From: Chloroflexota bacterium
GTDB lineage: Bacteria > Chloroflexota > Anaerolineae > DUEN01
Assembly: GCA_013152435.1 (NCBI GenBank)
Contig: JAADGJ010000010.1
Location: forward strand, 13,911-77,910
Reading direction: 5' to 3'
Length of the DNA: 64,000 bases
Part shown: one piece after another, positions 46,937-58,102 of the stretch
Numbering within the stretch: the first letter of the stretch is position 1
Layout: each line of letters begins with the position of its first letter
Position numbers and translations under genes: made by a program
The notes under the pieces: model-generated
What the model was told of the DNA's origin: nothing
The model's database searches: none
The model's input: only the letters and a program-made list of their open reading frames with translations

Positions 46937-48097
46937 TCATAGTTTGAATTGGCGCACGCGCTCCATCGCCTCTCGCACCCGGTCGGTGGGCGTCCCCATG
47001 GAGATGCGCAGGTAGCCCTCGCCGTGCTCACCAAAGGCCGTGCCGGGCGTCATGGAGACGCCGATCTCCTCCAGGAGCCGGGTGGCCAGCTCCGCCGATG
47101 TGTATCCCTGGGGCACCTTGGGCCATATGTAGAGGCTTGCCTTGGGCGCCTCGGCCGCCAGGCCCACCTCGTTCAGCGCCTGCACGATGATGTCCCGTCG
47201 CTCCTGATAGACGGCGTTGCGCTCCTCCAGCCAGCTCTGATCCCCGGTCATGGCGGCGATGGCCGCCTCCTGAATGCCCAGAAAGATGCCGGAGTCGATA
47301 TTGCTCTTGATCCGGCCCAGCGCTTCCACTGCAATAGGATTGCCGACCGCCATGCCGACGCGCCACCCGGCCATGTTGTGTGACTTGGACAGGGAGTTGA
47401 ACTCCAGAACCACATCCTTGGCGTCGGGAATCTGCAGGATGGAAGGAGCCACGTAGCCGTCGAAGCACACGTCGCAATACGGCGCATCGTGACAGAGCAG
47501 GATGTCGTGCTGACGGCAGAATGCCACGGCCTCCTCCAGGAATTCCATCGGGGCGATGGCCCCCGTCGGGTTGTTGGGGTAGTTCAGCCACATCATCCGA
47601 GCGCGATCGGCCACATCCGCCGGGATAGCCTTCAGATCGGGAAGGAAGTTGTTCTCCTCCAACAGAGGCATAAAGTACACCTCTGCCCCCACCATGCGCG
47701 GCCCCATGCGGTAGGTGGGATATCCTGGATCGGGCACGAGCACCAGATCGCCGGGATCCAGCCAGGCCAGCGCCATATTGGCGATCCCCTCTTTCGACCC
47801 GATGAGGGCGACGACCTCCTTAGCCGGATCCACGCTTACGCCAAAGCGGGCGGCGTAATAGTCGGCTACCGCCTTGCGGAAGGCGGGCGTGCCGCCGAAG
47901 CCGGGATATCCGTGCTTACCTGGATCGCGAGCGGCGCGCTCCAATGCCTCGATGATGTGGGGCGCCGGGGGCAGATCCGGGCTACCCATATCCAGCCGGA
48001 TGACGTCCATCCCCTGGCTGCGCAGCTCGTTGATGCGAGCCGCCAGCTTGGCGAATACGTAAGGCGGAAGTGCGTTCATTCTCTGGGCTGGTCGCAT
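46937..48097 (-). CDS. dapL: PLP-dependent class I aminotransferase, LL-diaminopimelate aminotransferase-like
   Basis: LPPYVFA, LIGSKEG, LNYPNNPTG, HDAPY, SLSKSHNMAGWRVG, KSNIDSG. Confidence 0.75.
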   Translation of the reverse strand: MRPAQRMNALPPYVFAKLAARINELRSQGMDVIRLDMGSPDLPPAPHIIEALERAARDPGKHGYPGFGGTPAFRKAVADYYAARFGVSVDPAKEVVALIGSKEGIANMALAWLDPGDLVLVPDPGYPTYRMGPRMVGAEVYFMPLLEENNFLPDLKAIPADVADRARMMWLNYPNNPTGAIAPMEFLEEAVAFCRQHDILLCHDAPYCDVCFDGYVAPSILQIPDAKDVVLEFNSLSKSHNMAGWRVGMAVGNPIAVEALGRIKSNIDSGIFLGIQEAAIAAMTGDQSWLEERNAVYQERRDIIVQALNEVGLAAEAPKASLYIWPKVPQGYTSAELATRLLEEIGVSMTPGTAFGEHGEGYLRISMGTPTDRVREAMERVRQFKL

Positions 48098-48169
48098 GAC
48101 AATTCCTCCTCTTTTTCGGAAACCGAGTCGTAATCTACTGTGTTGCGATGTGGGGGTAAATCTATCTCG

Positions 48170-49138
48170 TCAATCCTCCCCTTCCAGGAAGGCCTCGACT
48201 GTGCGTCCAACGCGTTCCAGGCTCTCCGCGCTGAGCTTGTCGCAGGTGTCCTCCACCGTGTGCCAGTATGGATAGTCGAAATCGATGATATCTACGGCGG
48301 GGATCCCCGCTTGCAGGAACGGCGTGTGGTCATCTAGTATAGACCATTTCAGCTGAGGGATGAAAAACTCCCCATAGCCCAGTTGGCTGGCGATGCGCCA
48401 CAGAGTCTCCTGTAGCTCGGGGTCCGAGTTTCGCTCCATGTAGATCTGTTGGTCGGCATCCCCGATCATGTCCACCACGATCACCAGCGAGGGGCGATCC
48501 TCAGGGGTGAGCTGTCTGGCCATATACGTGGAGCCGGCGATGAACTCCCAGCCGTCCAGTTGTCCGTTGTCCTCAGCATCGAAGAAGGCCAAGCGCACCC
48601 GGTAAGGTGATCGGCCGAGATCGACCACACGCGCCAGCTCGAGGAGTACGGCCACGCCGCTGGCGCCATCGTTGGCCCCTGGCACGGGCTCGCTTCGTCG
48701 CGCGGGGTCCGGATCGCGGTCGGCTCGCTGGCGGGTGTCATAGTGCGCGCCGATCAAGGCAATGGGAGCATCGGGCTTGGGTTCCCGGGCTGGCCGGGCG
48801 ATCAGGTTCACGCCGGGAGTGTTCTGATATGTAAACGGCTGCCGCTCGACCTCCCACCCCACCTGGGACAACTGCTCCGTGATGTATGCCTGTAGCTGCC
48901 GATGCGCCTCGCTGTTCACCGGCCGTGGGCCCAAGTTACACTGATACAGGGCATGCTTCAGGGCCAGTTCCCCTCGAAAGACTCGAGGCTCCTCCTGAGG
49001 CCGCCCGATCATGGACGAGACCCAAGGGGATACGAGATCATACCCTAACCAGCCAAACCAGGCCAGCGCGCCTGCCAGTGCGAGCAGCAGGACGATCTCA
49101 ATCCGCCTTTGCCTCAACCACCTCCCCGCTCTTCGCAT
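48170..49138 (-). CDS. Membrane-anchored M28 peptidase / glutaminyl cyclase-like protein
   Basis: N-terminal TM; GAHYDT, GANDGASG, FDAED, DMIG, DDHTPF, WHTVED. Confidence 0.85.
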   Translation of the reverse strand: MRRAGRWLRQRRIEIVLLLALAGALAWFGWLGYDLVSPWVSSMIGRPQEEPRVFRGELALKHALYQCNLGPRPVNSEAHRQLQAYITEQLSQVGWEVERQPFTYQNTPGVNLIARPAREPKPDAPIALIGAHYDTRQRADRDPDPARRSEPVPGANDGASGVAVLLELARVVDLGRSPYRVRLAFFDAEDNGQLDGWEFIAGSTYMARQLTPEDRPSLVIVVDMIGDADQQIYMERNSDPELQETLWRIASQLGYGEFFIPQLKWSILDDHTPFLQAGIPAVDIIDFDYPYWHTVEDTCDKLSAESLERVGRTVEAFLEGED

Positions 49139-49190
49139 AGCCTCGGTCTTCCCTTTATTGTGGATTATGTGGCTGTCTCTGGTTTATAGC

Positions 49191-50675
49191 TTAGTGACTA
49201 CGCGAACCGTCTCGGTCGTCCCCACCAGAACCGTCCCAGGGAGGGGAGAGGTCGATCCCCTCCCCCTCCTCGAGCTGGCGCCGCCGACCTCCCCGCTTAC
49301 GCCTCCCCGCTCGAGGAGGTCGATCCCGGTCGCGAAACAGCAACCGAATCGGCGTCCCCTCAAACGGATAGAATGACCGGATCACGTTTTCCAGGTACCG
49401 CTCGTAGGAGAAGTGCAACAGCTCCCGATCGTTGATGAAGAAGACGAAGGTGGGAGGACAAACACCGGTCTGAGTGACGTAATAAAAGCGCAGCCGTTTC
49501 CCCTTCTTGGACGGCGGTTGATGTCGCGTGACCGCCTCTCGCAGCACCCGGTTCAGGTCCGCCGTGGAAAGGCGCACGAAACGCTCTCGATGCACACGAA
49601 GCGCTGTCGGGATCACCTGATTCACCCGCTGCCGTGTTTTGGCGGAGATGAAGAGGACGGGCACGTAATCCATGAAATTCAGCGCTGCTCGCACCTGTTG
49701 CGTATATGTGTTCATCGTGTAGGTGTCCTTCTCGATCAGGTCCCACTTGTTCACCAGCACGACGATCCCTTTTCCCGCCTCCAGCACGTATCCCGCCACA
49801 TGGGTATCCTGGGCCGTAACGCCTTCGCTCGCATCGATCAGGAGCAAAACGACATCCGAACGCTCGATCGCCCGAAGGGCCCGCAGCACGGAGTAATACT
49901 CAACTCCTCGCTCGATCCGACCACGGCGGCGGATCCCCGCTGTGTCGATCAAAATGATGTGCTCTCCCTCCCACTCCAACTCGGTATCAATGGCATCCCG
50001 GGTCGTGCCTGGGATCTCGCTGACGATGGCACGCTCTTGACGCAACAGGGCGTTCAGAAGCGAGGACTTCCCCACATTGGGCCGTCCCACGATAGCTATG
50101 CGAACCCCCTCTTCCTCCTCTTCCTCGAGCTGCTGAGGGAAACGGCCCAGCACGGCGTCCAGGAGGTCCCCCACACCACGACCGTGAAGGGCGGAGATCG
50201 GATAAGGCTCTCCCAGCCCCAACTCCCAGAATTCCGCCGCCGCCCTCTCCCAGGCCTCGTTATCCGCCTTATTCACAGCTAAGACCACTGGCTTTTGGGT
50301 GGTCCGCAACAAATCCGCAACGTCCATGTCCGCAGGCGTAACCCCATCGCGCACGTCGACCAGAAAGATGATCACATCCGCCTCATCGATGGCGATTTGA
50401 GCCTGCGTGCGGATGGCGGGGATGAAATCCGCCGACGCCACGGACAACGGCTCGGGCGTCGTCTCATTGGGCTGAGAGGAGAGATCCAGCAATTCCAGAC
50501 CGCCCGTATCCACCAGAACGAACGGGACGCCGGCCCACTCCGTCTCCGCATACAAACGATCCCGGGTCGTCCCCGGGATATCCTCGACGATCGCCCGGCG
50601 TTCCCCGATGATCCGGTTAAACAACGTCGATTTCCCCACATTAGGGCGACCTACCAGAGCAACAATCGGCTTCAT
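49191..50675 (-). CDS. der: Ribosome biogenesis GTPase Der (EngA)
   Basis: Two GRPNVGKS/GTTRD G-domains, DTGG/DTAG, NKAD/NKWD, KH-like C-domain. Confidence 0.97.
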   Translation of the reverse strand: MKPIVALVGRPNVGKSTLFNRIIGERRAIVEDIPGTTRDRLYAETEWAGVPFVLVDTGGLELLDLSSQPNETTPEPLSVASADFIPAIRTQAQIAIDEADVIIFLVDVRDGVTPADMDVADLLRTTQKPVVLAVNKADNEAWERAAAEFWELGLGEPYPISALHGRGVGDLLDAVLGRFPQQLEEEEEEGVRIAIVGRPNVGKSSLLNALLRQERAIVSEIPGTTRDAIDTELEWEGEHIILIDTAGIRRRGRIERGVEYYSVLRALRAIERSDVVLLLIDASEGVTAQDTHVAGYVLEAGKGIVVLVNKWDLIEKDTYTMNTYTQQVRAALNFMDYVPVLFISAKTRQRVNQVIPTALRVHRERFVRLSTADLNRVLREAVTRHQPPSKKGKRLRFYYVTQTGVCPPTFVFFINDRELLHFSYERYLENVIRSFYPFEGTPIRLLFRDRDRPPRAGRRKRGGRRRQLEEGEGIDLSPPWDGSGGDDRDGSRSH

Positions 50676-50687
50676 CCATTCCCCTTT

Positions 50688-52046
50688 TCACGGCTTCGGT
50701 TCTTGCTTCCGTTCTATCGGCAATACCCCCGCGCCTCCCTGCGCGCCCGCCTCAGGCGTGGGGGTGTGCGTGGGGGTAACCTCCGGCGTGGCCACGACGG
50801 TCTCCTCCGGAGTCGGCGTCTCCGGCACCGGCGTCGGCGTTGGAAGCTCCACGATCTCCACCTCCACCGTCTCCGGCAGCCAGCTATCCACACGCACTCC
50901 CTCCGGCGTCACGATGACGGGGCGAACGTTATGCACCCCCGGCCCCAGCCCGGACAGATCCAGCACCACCCGAACATCCGTGGGCTGTAACGCCTCCAGA
51001 CGGGGCAGAGGACCGGACAGGAAGACGTCTACCTTATCCAGCAGGACGTTCGCCTGCAGCCCCGGCGCTACCCCCTGCACGACGGGGGAGCGCGTCACCG
51101 TCAACCCACCCTCCAGTGGCGTAATGGTCACGCGCACGGTCACGCTCTGCACGCCAAAAGCGGACGAGACGTTCTCGGGCAGTAACAAGGCGGCACGCTC
51201 GATCACATCGGTGTCCGCCCCCTCGATGTTGACCGGCGTCGCCTCCACGTACCCGGGCACAGCCTGGATCGCCTGAGGATCTCCGAACAACATGACCACC
51301 GGGGGCTCCACGCTGACATTGCTGACCCGGTAGCCGCGCGCCGGCTGCCCTTGAAGCTGCACCAGGACCGTCACCTCCCGGTAGCCGGGACGCTGGACGA
51401 TGGGGACCGTCACCGACACCGATTTCGGCTCGACCTCCACGAAGCGGGTGGGCAGCCCCTCGCTATTTCGCAGGGATACAGGGCGAATGCGATGCACCGT
51501 GGACTTCGCGCCGAGGATGGACACTTCTACAACGGCACTGGCCACGTCCTCTACATACGTGCGGGCGCCGGAAACCGTCACCCGATCCGGCTCCACCGTC
51601 GGCGTCTCCCAGTCATACCCCAGCGCAGGCTCATCCAGCACCTCCACCCGCACGGGGACGACCTTCTTCACGAAGGTGTCCAGCGTCACCCGCACCCGCT
51701 CAGGCCGCACCTGCACGACCTCCACGTCGGGCTTCTCCACATACACCTCTACGGGGACCTCGTGGACACCCTCCCGCAATCCGGCCACATCCACAATGGC
51801 CCGGAAATCCTGGGCGGACAGCGTATCCCACGTGCGCCTTGGTGCCCGCACCTCCACCTGCACAGTATCCGCCGTCTGGCTCAAAAGGGCCAGATCGCTG
51901 GATAGCCCCACCACGTTGATCGGAACCGGCTCGGGCAACAGTTGTCGCAAAACCGGGTTCTCCTCCTGGACCGCTACCACCCAGACGACGAAGGCCAGGA
52001 TAATGGACAGGATGATCGTGCCCAATTCACCAGCCAGGCGATTCAT
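50688..52046 (-). CDS. cdaR: CdaR/YbbR-domain protein
   Basis: N-terminal TM, repeated YbbR-like domains, directly downstream of cdaA with ATGA overlap. Confidence 0.88.
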   Translation of the reverse strand: MNRLAGELGTIILSIILAFVVWVVAVQEENPVLRQLLPEPVPINVVGLSSDLALLSQTADTVQVEVRAPRRTWDTLSAQDFRAIVDVAGLREGVHEVPVEVYVEKPDVEVVQVRPERVRVTLDTFVKKVVPVRVEVLDEPALGYDWETPTVEPDRVTVSGARTYVEDVASAVVEVSILGAKSTVHRIRPVSLRNSEGLPTRFVEVEPKSVSVTVPIVQRPGYREVTVLVQLQGQPARGYRVSNVSVEPPVVMLFGDPQAIQAVPGYVEATPVNIEGADTDVIERAALLLPENVSSAFGVQSVTVRVTITPLEGGLTVTRSPVVQGVAPGLQANVLLDKVDVFLSGPLPRLEALQPTDVRVVLDLSGLGPGVHNVRPVIVTPEGVRVDSWLPETVEVEIVELPTPTPVPETPTPEETVVATPEVTPTHTPTPEAGAQGGAGVLPIERKQEPKP

Positions 52047-52852
52047 GCCATCGCCCCCCGCGGCTCCCGCGCCCAAGGACGTTCAGGTCGGTAGAAGGAT
52101 TCGATCACCCGCTCCAGGCGGCTCTCATCCAAGCGGCGCACGATACGCCCATTGCGGGCGACGGAGATCGTCCCCGTCTCCTCGGAGACGACGATCGCCA
52201 GAGCATCGCTCTGCTCCGTGATCCCCAGGGCCGCTCGATGGCGAGTGCCGTACTGAACCTCCGCGCTGGGGCGGCTGGAGAGCGGCAGGACACATTTAGC
52301 CGCCACGATCCGATTATCCCGCATGATGACAGCACCGTCATGCAGTGGTGTGTTCGGGAAGAAGATCGTGAGCAAAAGCTGCGTTGAGACGATCCCGTCG
52401 ATCATCACCCCCGTCTCGATGTAATCCTGCAGACCGGTCTGGCCCTCCAAAACGATCAGGGCGCCATGTCGGTGCTCGGCCAGCCGCATCGCGGCGGACA
52501 CGAGATATCCGGTGACCTGCTCGGCCATGGACTCCCGATTCCCCCACCGGAACAGGGTGCTGGTTCGCCCCATACGCTCCAGCGCCCGTCGCAGCTCCGG
52601 CTGGAAGATCACCGGGAGAGACACCAGGATCGCGGGCAGCGAGTTGCGCACCAACCACTCGAAAGCGCTCAGCTGCAATACGCTGGTCACGATGGTGATA
52701 ATCAGCAGGACGAGGAGGACGCCTCGCAGCAGGGCGACGGCCTGCGTGCCGCGAAACAGCCGCAGCAACCCGTAAAAGATCGCCGCCACGAGCGCGATAT
52801 CGATCACGCTCTGCCACGAGAAACGGCTGAGAATGCCAAAGACGTCGATCAA
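52043..52852 (-). CDS. cdaA: Diadenylate cyclase CdaA
   Basis: Three N-terminal TMs, FQPELRRALE, LHDGA, GTRHRAA, VSEETG. Confidence 0.96.
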   Translation of the reverse strand: MIDVFGILSRFSWQSVIDIALVAAIFYGLLRLFRGTQAVALLRGVLLVLLIITIVTSVLQLSAFEWLVRNSLPAILVSLPVIFQPELRRALERMGRTSTLFRWGNRESMAEQVTGYLVSAAMRLAEHRHGALIVLEGQTGLQDYIETGVMIDGIVSTQLLLTIFFPNTPLHDGAVIMRDNRIVAAKCVLPLSSRPSAEVQYGTRHRAALGITEQSDALAIVVSEETGTISVARNGRIVRRLDESRLERVIESFYRPERPWAREPRGAMA

Positions 52853-52922
52853 CTCCGCACCTCATCCCTATACGTTCGATATGTACCCCACCTTCGCCGG
52901 GGAGAGCGACGGCCGCTCCCCA

Positions 52923-53852
52923 CTACCCCTCTGCGGGCGCCATCAAACGCACCAATAGCCCTTTTTGCGCATGCAGCCGGTTCTCTGCCTGATCGAACAA
53001 CACGGAGTGTGGACCATCCGCCACATCGTCCGTGATCTCCTCACCGCGATGAGCCGGCAGGCAGTGCATGACGATCACGTCCGGCCGCGCCCGCGACACC
53101 AAATCGGCGTTCACCTGATAGGGGGGAAACACCTGACGCCTGCGCTCCGCCTCCGCCTCCTGTCCCATGCTCGTCCACACATCCGTATAGATCACATCGG
53201 CATCCCGCACCGCCGCGAGGGGATCCGTGGTGAGGGTGACCTGTCCGCCCCCTCGCTCGGCCAGCGAGCGAGCGAGGGCCACCGTCTCCTCATCCAGCTG
53301 GTAACCTTCCGGCGAGGCGATCACCAAATGAATCCCCGTCAGCGCCGCGGCAAAAGCCAACGAGCGAGCCACGTTGTTCCCATCGCCCACGTAGGCCAGG
53401 CGAACCCCTTCCAGACGCCCCTTCCGCTCCCAGATCGTGAGAAGATCCGCCAACGCCTGACAGGGGTGGTTATAATCGGAGAGCCCGTTGATCACAGGCA
53501 CCCGGGAGTGAGCGGCCAGTTGCTCCACATGGGCATGAGCGAACACGCGCGCCATGATCCCATCCACATAGCGTGACAGGACACGCGCCACATCGGGAAC
53601 GCTCTCCCTCTCCCCCAGACGGATCTCCTGCGGCGAAAGGTAGATCGCGTCCCCGCCCAGATGGATCATGCCCATGTGGAACGACACCCGCGTCCGCAAG
53701 GACGGCTTCTGGAACAACAATCCCAGAACCTTCCCTCGTAAAAGAGGCCGGTTGCCCCCCGCGAGCCATTCGTCTTTCAGCTCTCGCGCCAGCCGGAGGA
53801 TTCTCCACAATTCCTCCGGCGTCAGATCAGCGATCGATAGAAAATGTTGCAT
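52923..53852 (-). CDS. argF: Ornithine carbamoyltransferase
   Basis: SLRTR, HPCQ, DGNNV, SMGQE, HCLP, QAENR; start [10 protein letters not shown]. Confidence 0.95.
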   Translation of the reverse strand: MQHFLSIADLTPEELWRILRLARELKDEWLAGGNRPLLRGKVLGLLFQKPSLRTRVSFHMGMIHLGGDAIYLSPQEIRLGERESVPDVARVLSRYVDGIMARVFAHAHVEQLAAHSRVPVINGLSDYNHPCQALADLLTIWERKGRLEGVRLAYVGDGNNVARSLAFAAALTGIHLVIASPEGYQLDEETVALARSLAERGGGQVTLTTDPLAAVRDADVIYTDVWTSMGQEAEAERRRQVFPPYQVNADLVSRARPDVIVMHCLPAHRGEEITDDVADGPHSVLFDQAENRLHAQKGLLVRLMAPAEG

Positions 53853-53905
53853 GAGAAAGCGCACCTCCGCACGCGATTCGAAACATGCCCCCGTCTCAAC
53901 CTCGA

Positions 53906-54757
53906 TCAATCCGCCAGCAACAGGATGCCAGATCGCACCCCATACTGGCGCCCGCAGGCGTTACAGCGCCAGAAACGCGATGTAACGGACCAATCTCGAG
54001 CGCCGCAGCGCGGGCAGAGTAGGCACTCAGCCAGGGAGCACTCACCTCCCCCCGAGCCAAGAGCAGACCCCGCCTTGCGAGCGAACGCCCAATCGTAGTC
54101 CACCTGCCAGCGCCGAACCTCGCACGCCGCCATCCCCATGTCCATCAACATCTGGCGGAAGGCGGATCGGTGGAAGGTGCGGCCGGGCAACAGGCGCGCC
54201 TGCCACCCCACTCGATTGGAGAGGAGCATGAGTCCTCCGGGCCGCAGCACCCGCACCATCTCCGCCAGAGCCCCGCGAGGGTCGGGCATGAACTCCAAAG
54301 CCTCCACGCAGCTTACGGCGTCAAACGTGGCGTCTGGGAACGGCAGCTTGGAGGCGTCCAGCCACAGCCAGGAGACCCTCTCGTCCCCTTCCAACCGACG
54401 GACGGCCTCCTGGAGCATCCCCAGGGAGCGATCCACAGCTACGATGTGCCCGGGGAACTCGCCATCGGCGAGCAGCGCTCGTGGCACCCGCCCCGTACCG
54501 GTGCCCACATCCAGGAGCCATGGGCGGCGCGCCCCCACCAGGTCAAGCCCCAAACGCAACGGCCGGGCGATGAAGTGGTGCTCATCCTCCTGGTTAAAGC
54601 CCTTGACGTCGTCGTAGCGTCGGGCGAACCGATCATACAGGTAGGCGACAACCCCACTTCCCAGATAGGCACCCTCGGCGATGATCAGATGCCAATAGGC
54701 CAGGGCAACCACGATGATCAGAGCGATCGTCAGGGTGATCCATATCCACAGGCTCAC
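53906..54757 (-). CDS. Membrane-anchored class I SAM methyltransferase with C-terminal zinc ribbon
   Basis: [36 protein letters not shown]...CNAC; GTG start overlaps the upstream stop. Confidence 0.85.
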   Translation of the reverse strand: MSLWIWITLTIALIIVVALAYWHLIIAEGAYLGSGVVAYLYDRFARRYDDVKGFNQEDEHHFIARPLRLGLDLVGARRPWLLDVGTGTGRVPRALLADGEFPGHIVAVDRSLGMLQEAVRRLEGDERVSWLWLDASKLPFPDATFDAVSCVEALEFMPDPRGALAEMVRVLRPGGLMLLSNRVGWQARLLPGRTFHRSAFRQMLMDMGMAACEVRRWQVDYDWAFARKAGSALGSGGGECSLAECLLCPRCGARDWSVTSRFWRCNACGRQYGVRSGILLLAD

Positions 54758-55632
54758 CCGGGAGCGCCTCCCAACGCCCATCCCGCAGCCAGCAAAGCGA
54801 CCCACCACCAGGATTGAACGTGGGCGAGCACAGCCGAGTTCCCCTCCTCAGCGCCTATCCGCCCATACGTCCACCATGTAGGCGCTGAGGCCAACGCCAC
54901 ACCAGCTGCCCAAAGGGGATGCCGCGTCCCCACGAGGAGGGCGACCACGCCCAATTGCGATAGAGCCAGGAGCCACCAGGCCCGTTGGTTCCCGTTCTCG
55001 ACCTCCAGCGCGGCCCGCTGCCACACCGTGAAAGCAGCTCCCCCGCCGAGAGAGGCCAGGGTCATCGGGGCGTAGATGAGATGTCCCAGAACCCATGGCA
55101 GGCCGATCGTCAAGGAAGCTTGGACCCATGTGTTCGGCCGCCCGTTCAGACGAGCGGTGCCCCATCCGATCATGCACAGGGAGAGCGCCAGCAGGGTCGC
55201 CAACACCGCCTCACGCCCCAGGATCAGGGCGACCAAACCGGTGGCCAGCAAGGTGGGCAACCCCAATCGCCAGGCGGCAACCAGAGAACGGTCGCTCTCC
55301 GCCCAGCCCAGCAGCCGAGCCGCCGGCGACCCAGGCCGCAGATACGGCAACGCGAACGTGGTCGAAGGCCACCATTCATCCCCATCCAGGGTGTCATGGC
55401 GACGCTCCGCCAGGATGGTCCACAAACCACCCCACGCGGGATCGGCCAAAAACACCAGGAGAAGCAGACGCAGGAGGTCCTGAGATCTCCACACGAGGGC
55501 ACCGGAGGCCAATGCCCCCGCCAAGACCGCCCATCCCGGCCCCAGGCGCCAGAAGGAGCGGGTCAGCCATAGCCGCATGCCGATCAGCGGCCCGCCGCCA
55601 ACCGGCCATTGTCTTAGCTCTTCTCGCTGCAC
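54754..55632 (-). CDS. Multi-pass membrane protein of unknown function
   Basis: Several hydrophobic helices; AGGAGAG RBS before GTG 55632; TGG-TATAAT upstream at 55662-55670 on the minus strand. Confidence 0.65.
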   Translation of the reverse strand: MQREELRQWPVGGGPLIGMRLWLTRSFWRLGPGWAVLAGALASGALVWRSQDLLRLLLLVFLADPAWGGLWTILAERRHDTLDGDEWWPSTTFALPYLRPGSPAARLLGWAESDRSLVAAWRLGLPTLLATGLVALILGREAVLATLLALSLCMIGWGTARLNGRPNTWVQASLTIGLPWVLGHLIYAPMTLASLGGGAAFTVWQRAALEVENGNQRAWWLLALSQLGVVALLVGTRHPLWAAGVALASAPTWWTYGRIGAEEGNSAVLAHVQSWWWVALLAAGWALGGAPG

Positions 55633-56001
55633 GGGCTCTCTCCTGTTGCACAACACGCTGAATTATACCACAAGGGATTACCAAAGGGCCACACTATTCG
55701 CATCAACTGAACAGCATGAGCGAGGCGACCACCTGTCGCTCTTTCCCTCCACGGGCGGTCGCACCTGAAAGGGGATGTGTGGAGGGGCTACCGCTCCGTC
55801 GAATTGACAGCTCAACAGGAAAACGATATACTCCTTCTCGGCTCTACAACAGTTCAGCATCTGAGGGCCTGGCACGTGAGAGCGAGCTTCTGCGAAAGCG
55901 CGGGGGTGTGGTCCTGTGGCACGGGTGTCGTCCCCTGGGCGGGGGGCGTAGCCTTTGGCTACACGAACACCACCCCACATCCATCTCCGAGGCCATATTG
56001 A

Positions 56002-57453
56002 ATGGAGACCTCGCAGGCAACCCACTTGCTCCTGATCCGTCACGCGGAGTCCCTGAGCAACCTGTACGGGATCAACATGGGCCCTAATACGGGGCTCACA
56101 GCCCGAGGTTGGGAGCAAGCTCGCTACCTGGCAGACTGGTTGGCGACACATGAGCCCATCGATGTCATCATCTCCAGTCCCCTGCTGCGCGCCCGCCAGA
56201 CGGCCGATATCCTGAGCATCCGGCTGAACCTCCCCGTGCACATCCAAAAAGGACTGGAGGAGGCCACACAGCCATACTGGGACGAGTTCCCCTCCTTTGC
56301 CGAGAGCAAAGGGTTACCTGACGAGCCCTGGATCCCCACGCCGGAGACGGCCCCCATGTACACAGCCTTCCGGGATCAGGTCGTCCAGGCGCTGCGAGCC
56401 ATCCTGGACCAATTCTGGGGGCACCGCATCGCCATCATCACCCACGGTGGGACCATGTCCACCCTGTTACGCTCTCTGATCGGGGGCCATCACGTCCGTG
56501 TCTATCAACACAACACCGCCATCCACAAGCTCGTCTGGGAAAAGAAGCAATGGACCCTCATTTATGTCAACAGAATCGAGCATCTGAACAGCGAGGCCGC
56601 CCCCGCTGACCGCCAGGCATCTCAGGAGGAGGAACGAGATGAGCAGGAGGTCCAGGCGACACTGCCAGCCCCAGCCTCTCCTCCCCCTCCCCTGCCCGTC
56701 CATCGGCCTCACGACCTCACCCCCGCCCAAATTGAGCGCCTCATAGATCTCGTTGATCCACAGCCGGACGAGCGGGCACTGGATATCGCCACCGGCACCG
56801 GGGCGCTGGCCGTTGCCCTGGCACAAAAGATGAGGCAGGTCATCGCCGTGGATACGAGTCCCGAGATGCTGGAAGAGGCTGAGATCGCCCGTATCCAAGC
56901 CGGGCTGGACAACCTCCACGTGCGATGGGCCCGGCCGGAACAGCTCCCCTTCCTGGATGACTCCTTCGACCTGATCACCTGCGCTTATGGTCTCCATCAC
57001 TTCCAGGACGCCGCCGCGGCGATCCGGGAGATGGCCCGGGTGTGCCGTCCCGGGGGGCATATCCTGATCCACGAGCCCGCCGGGGATATCGACCCCGTGA
57101 AGCGGGCCACACAAGACGTCATCGAGCTACGGCGGGATAGCTCCCATGTGACGCTCCTCACCGCCGATCAGACGCGCGATCTGGTCATCCAGGCCGGGTT
57201 GGAGATCGATCGAGACGAGATCACGGAGATCGAGCGCCATCTGGCGGACTGGCTGGACGCCGAGAACGCCGACGCCGAGATGGTCGAAGAGGTGACAGCC
57301 ATGTTGGACGCGGCGATGGAGGGCGACGCGGCCGGCCTGCAGGTCCACCGAGAGCGCGATGGCAGCCTATCCTTCCGGCAACGCGTGCTCACGTTGCTGG
57401 CACACAAGCCCATCCAGGAGACACCGGGTCCCAACGACGCACCCACCGCATGA
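56002..57453 (+). CDS. Fusion of histidine phosphatase (PGM family) and class I SAM methyltransferase
   Basis: IRHAES, SSPLLRARQTA, ITHGG; Pro-rich linker; ALDIATGTG, LPFLDDSFD, RVCRPGG. Confidence 0.85.
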   Translation: METSQATHLLLIRHAESLSNLYGINMGPNTGLTARGWEQARYLADWLATHEPIDVIISSPLLRARQTADILSIRLNLPVHIQKGLEEATQPYWDEFPSFAESKGLPDEPWIPTPETAPMYTAFRDQVVQALRAILDQFWGHRIAIITHGGTMSTLLRSLIGGHHVRVYQHNTAIHKLVWEKKQWTLIYVNRIEHLNSEAAPADRQASQEEERDEQEVQATLPAPASPPPPLPVHRPHDLTPAQIERLIDLVDPQPDERALDIATGTGALAVALAQKMRQVIAVDTSPEMLEEAEIARIQAGLDNLHVRWARPEQLPFLDDSFDLITCAYGLHHFQDAAAAIREMARVCRPGGHILIHEPAGDIDPVKRATQDVIELRRDSSHVTLLTADQTRDLVIQAGLEIDRDEITEIERHLADWLDAENADAEMVEEVTAMLDAAMEGDAAGLQVHRERDGSLSFRQRVLTLLAHKPIQETPGPNDAPTA

Positions 57454-57732
57454 TACACAGGAAACCCAGCCCTCCAACCTCGGCCCTCACCGGCAGTACA
57501 TCTTTTCATGTGGAATTACGGCGGAAGCCGTGAGGGGTTGCACTCCTCAAAAGAACCTTCCGGGTTTCCGCCCCTCACCCGCTTCGCCCGGCCTTGCCCC
57601 ACCCGAATGAGGCCGGGAATGCGAACAATGATGACGGCAACGATTCCCACAAGCATCATGGCGATGAATCACCAGGCGCCTTCACGCCCTCCAAATGGGT
57701 ATAGTACCATCTTCCGGGGTACCGGGGGGGCA

Positions 57733-57799
57733 TTGACGTCCGCCCGCGGCTCAACTAGGATGAATGCGTAAATCTTAAACGGATTGAATCGGTTTCAGA
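57733..57799 (+). promoter_or_regulatory. sigma70 promoter with an inverted-repeat operator at the transcription start
   Basis: TTGACG-17-TAGGAT (57733-57761); TCTTAAACGGATT-G-AATCGGTTTCAGA (57773-57799, arms 11/13). Confidence 0.6.
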
Positions 57800-57864
57800 G
57801 AGCTCCGTTCGGTCAGCGTGTGAGAAGCTGGGATGGACTTCATCACTCGCGAGGGGAAGGCGCC

Positions 57865-58101
57865 ATGAGTCCACCTGATGAAGCATCGCTCCTCACGGCA
57901 CGGGAAGCGGCACAGTATCTCAACATCAGCCTGTCCACACTTCATCGGATTGAGCAGGAGGGCTGGCTCGTACCGTATCGTACGCCCGGTGGGCACCGAC
58001 GATACAGCATCAAGATGCTGCAGGAGTATCTGGAGAAAACCCGGCGGCAGCCGTCACAACGCGCCGATGATTCCGAAAAAACCTTTTTCATCGAGGGATA
58101 A
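57865..58101 (+). CDS. Small excisionase/MerR-like (BldC-like) HTH protein
   Basis: LLTAREAAQYLNISLSTLHR...YRTPGGHRRY. Confidence 0.85.
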   Translation: MSPPDEASLLTAREAAQYLNISLSTLHRIEQEGWLVPYRTPGGHRRYSIKMLQEYLEKTRRQPSQRADDSEKTFFIEG

Positions 58102-58102
58102 T

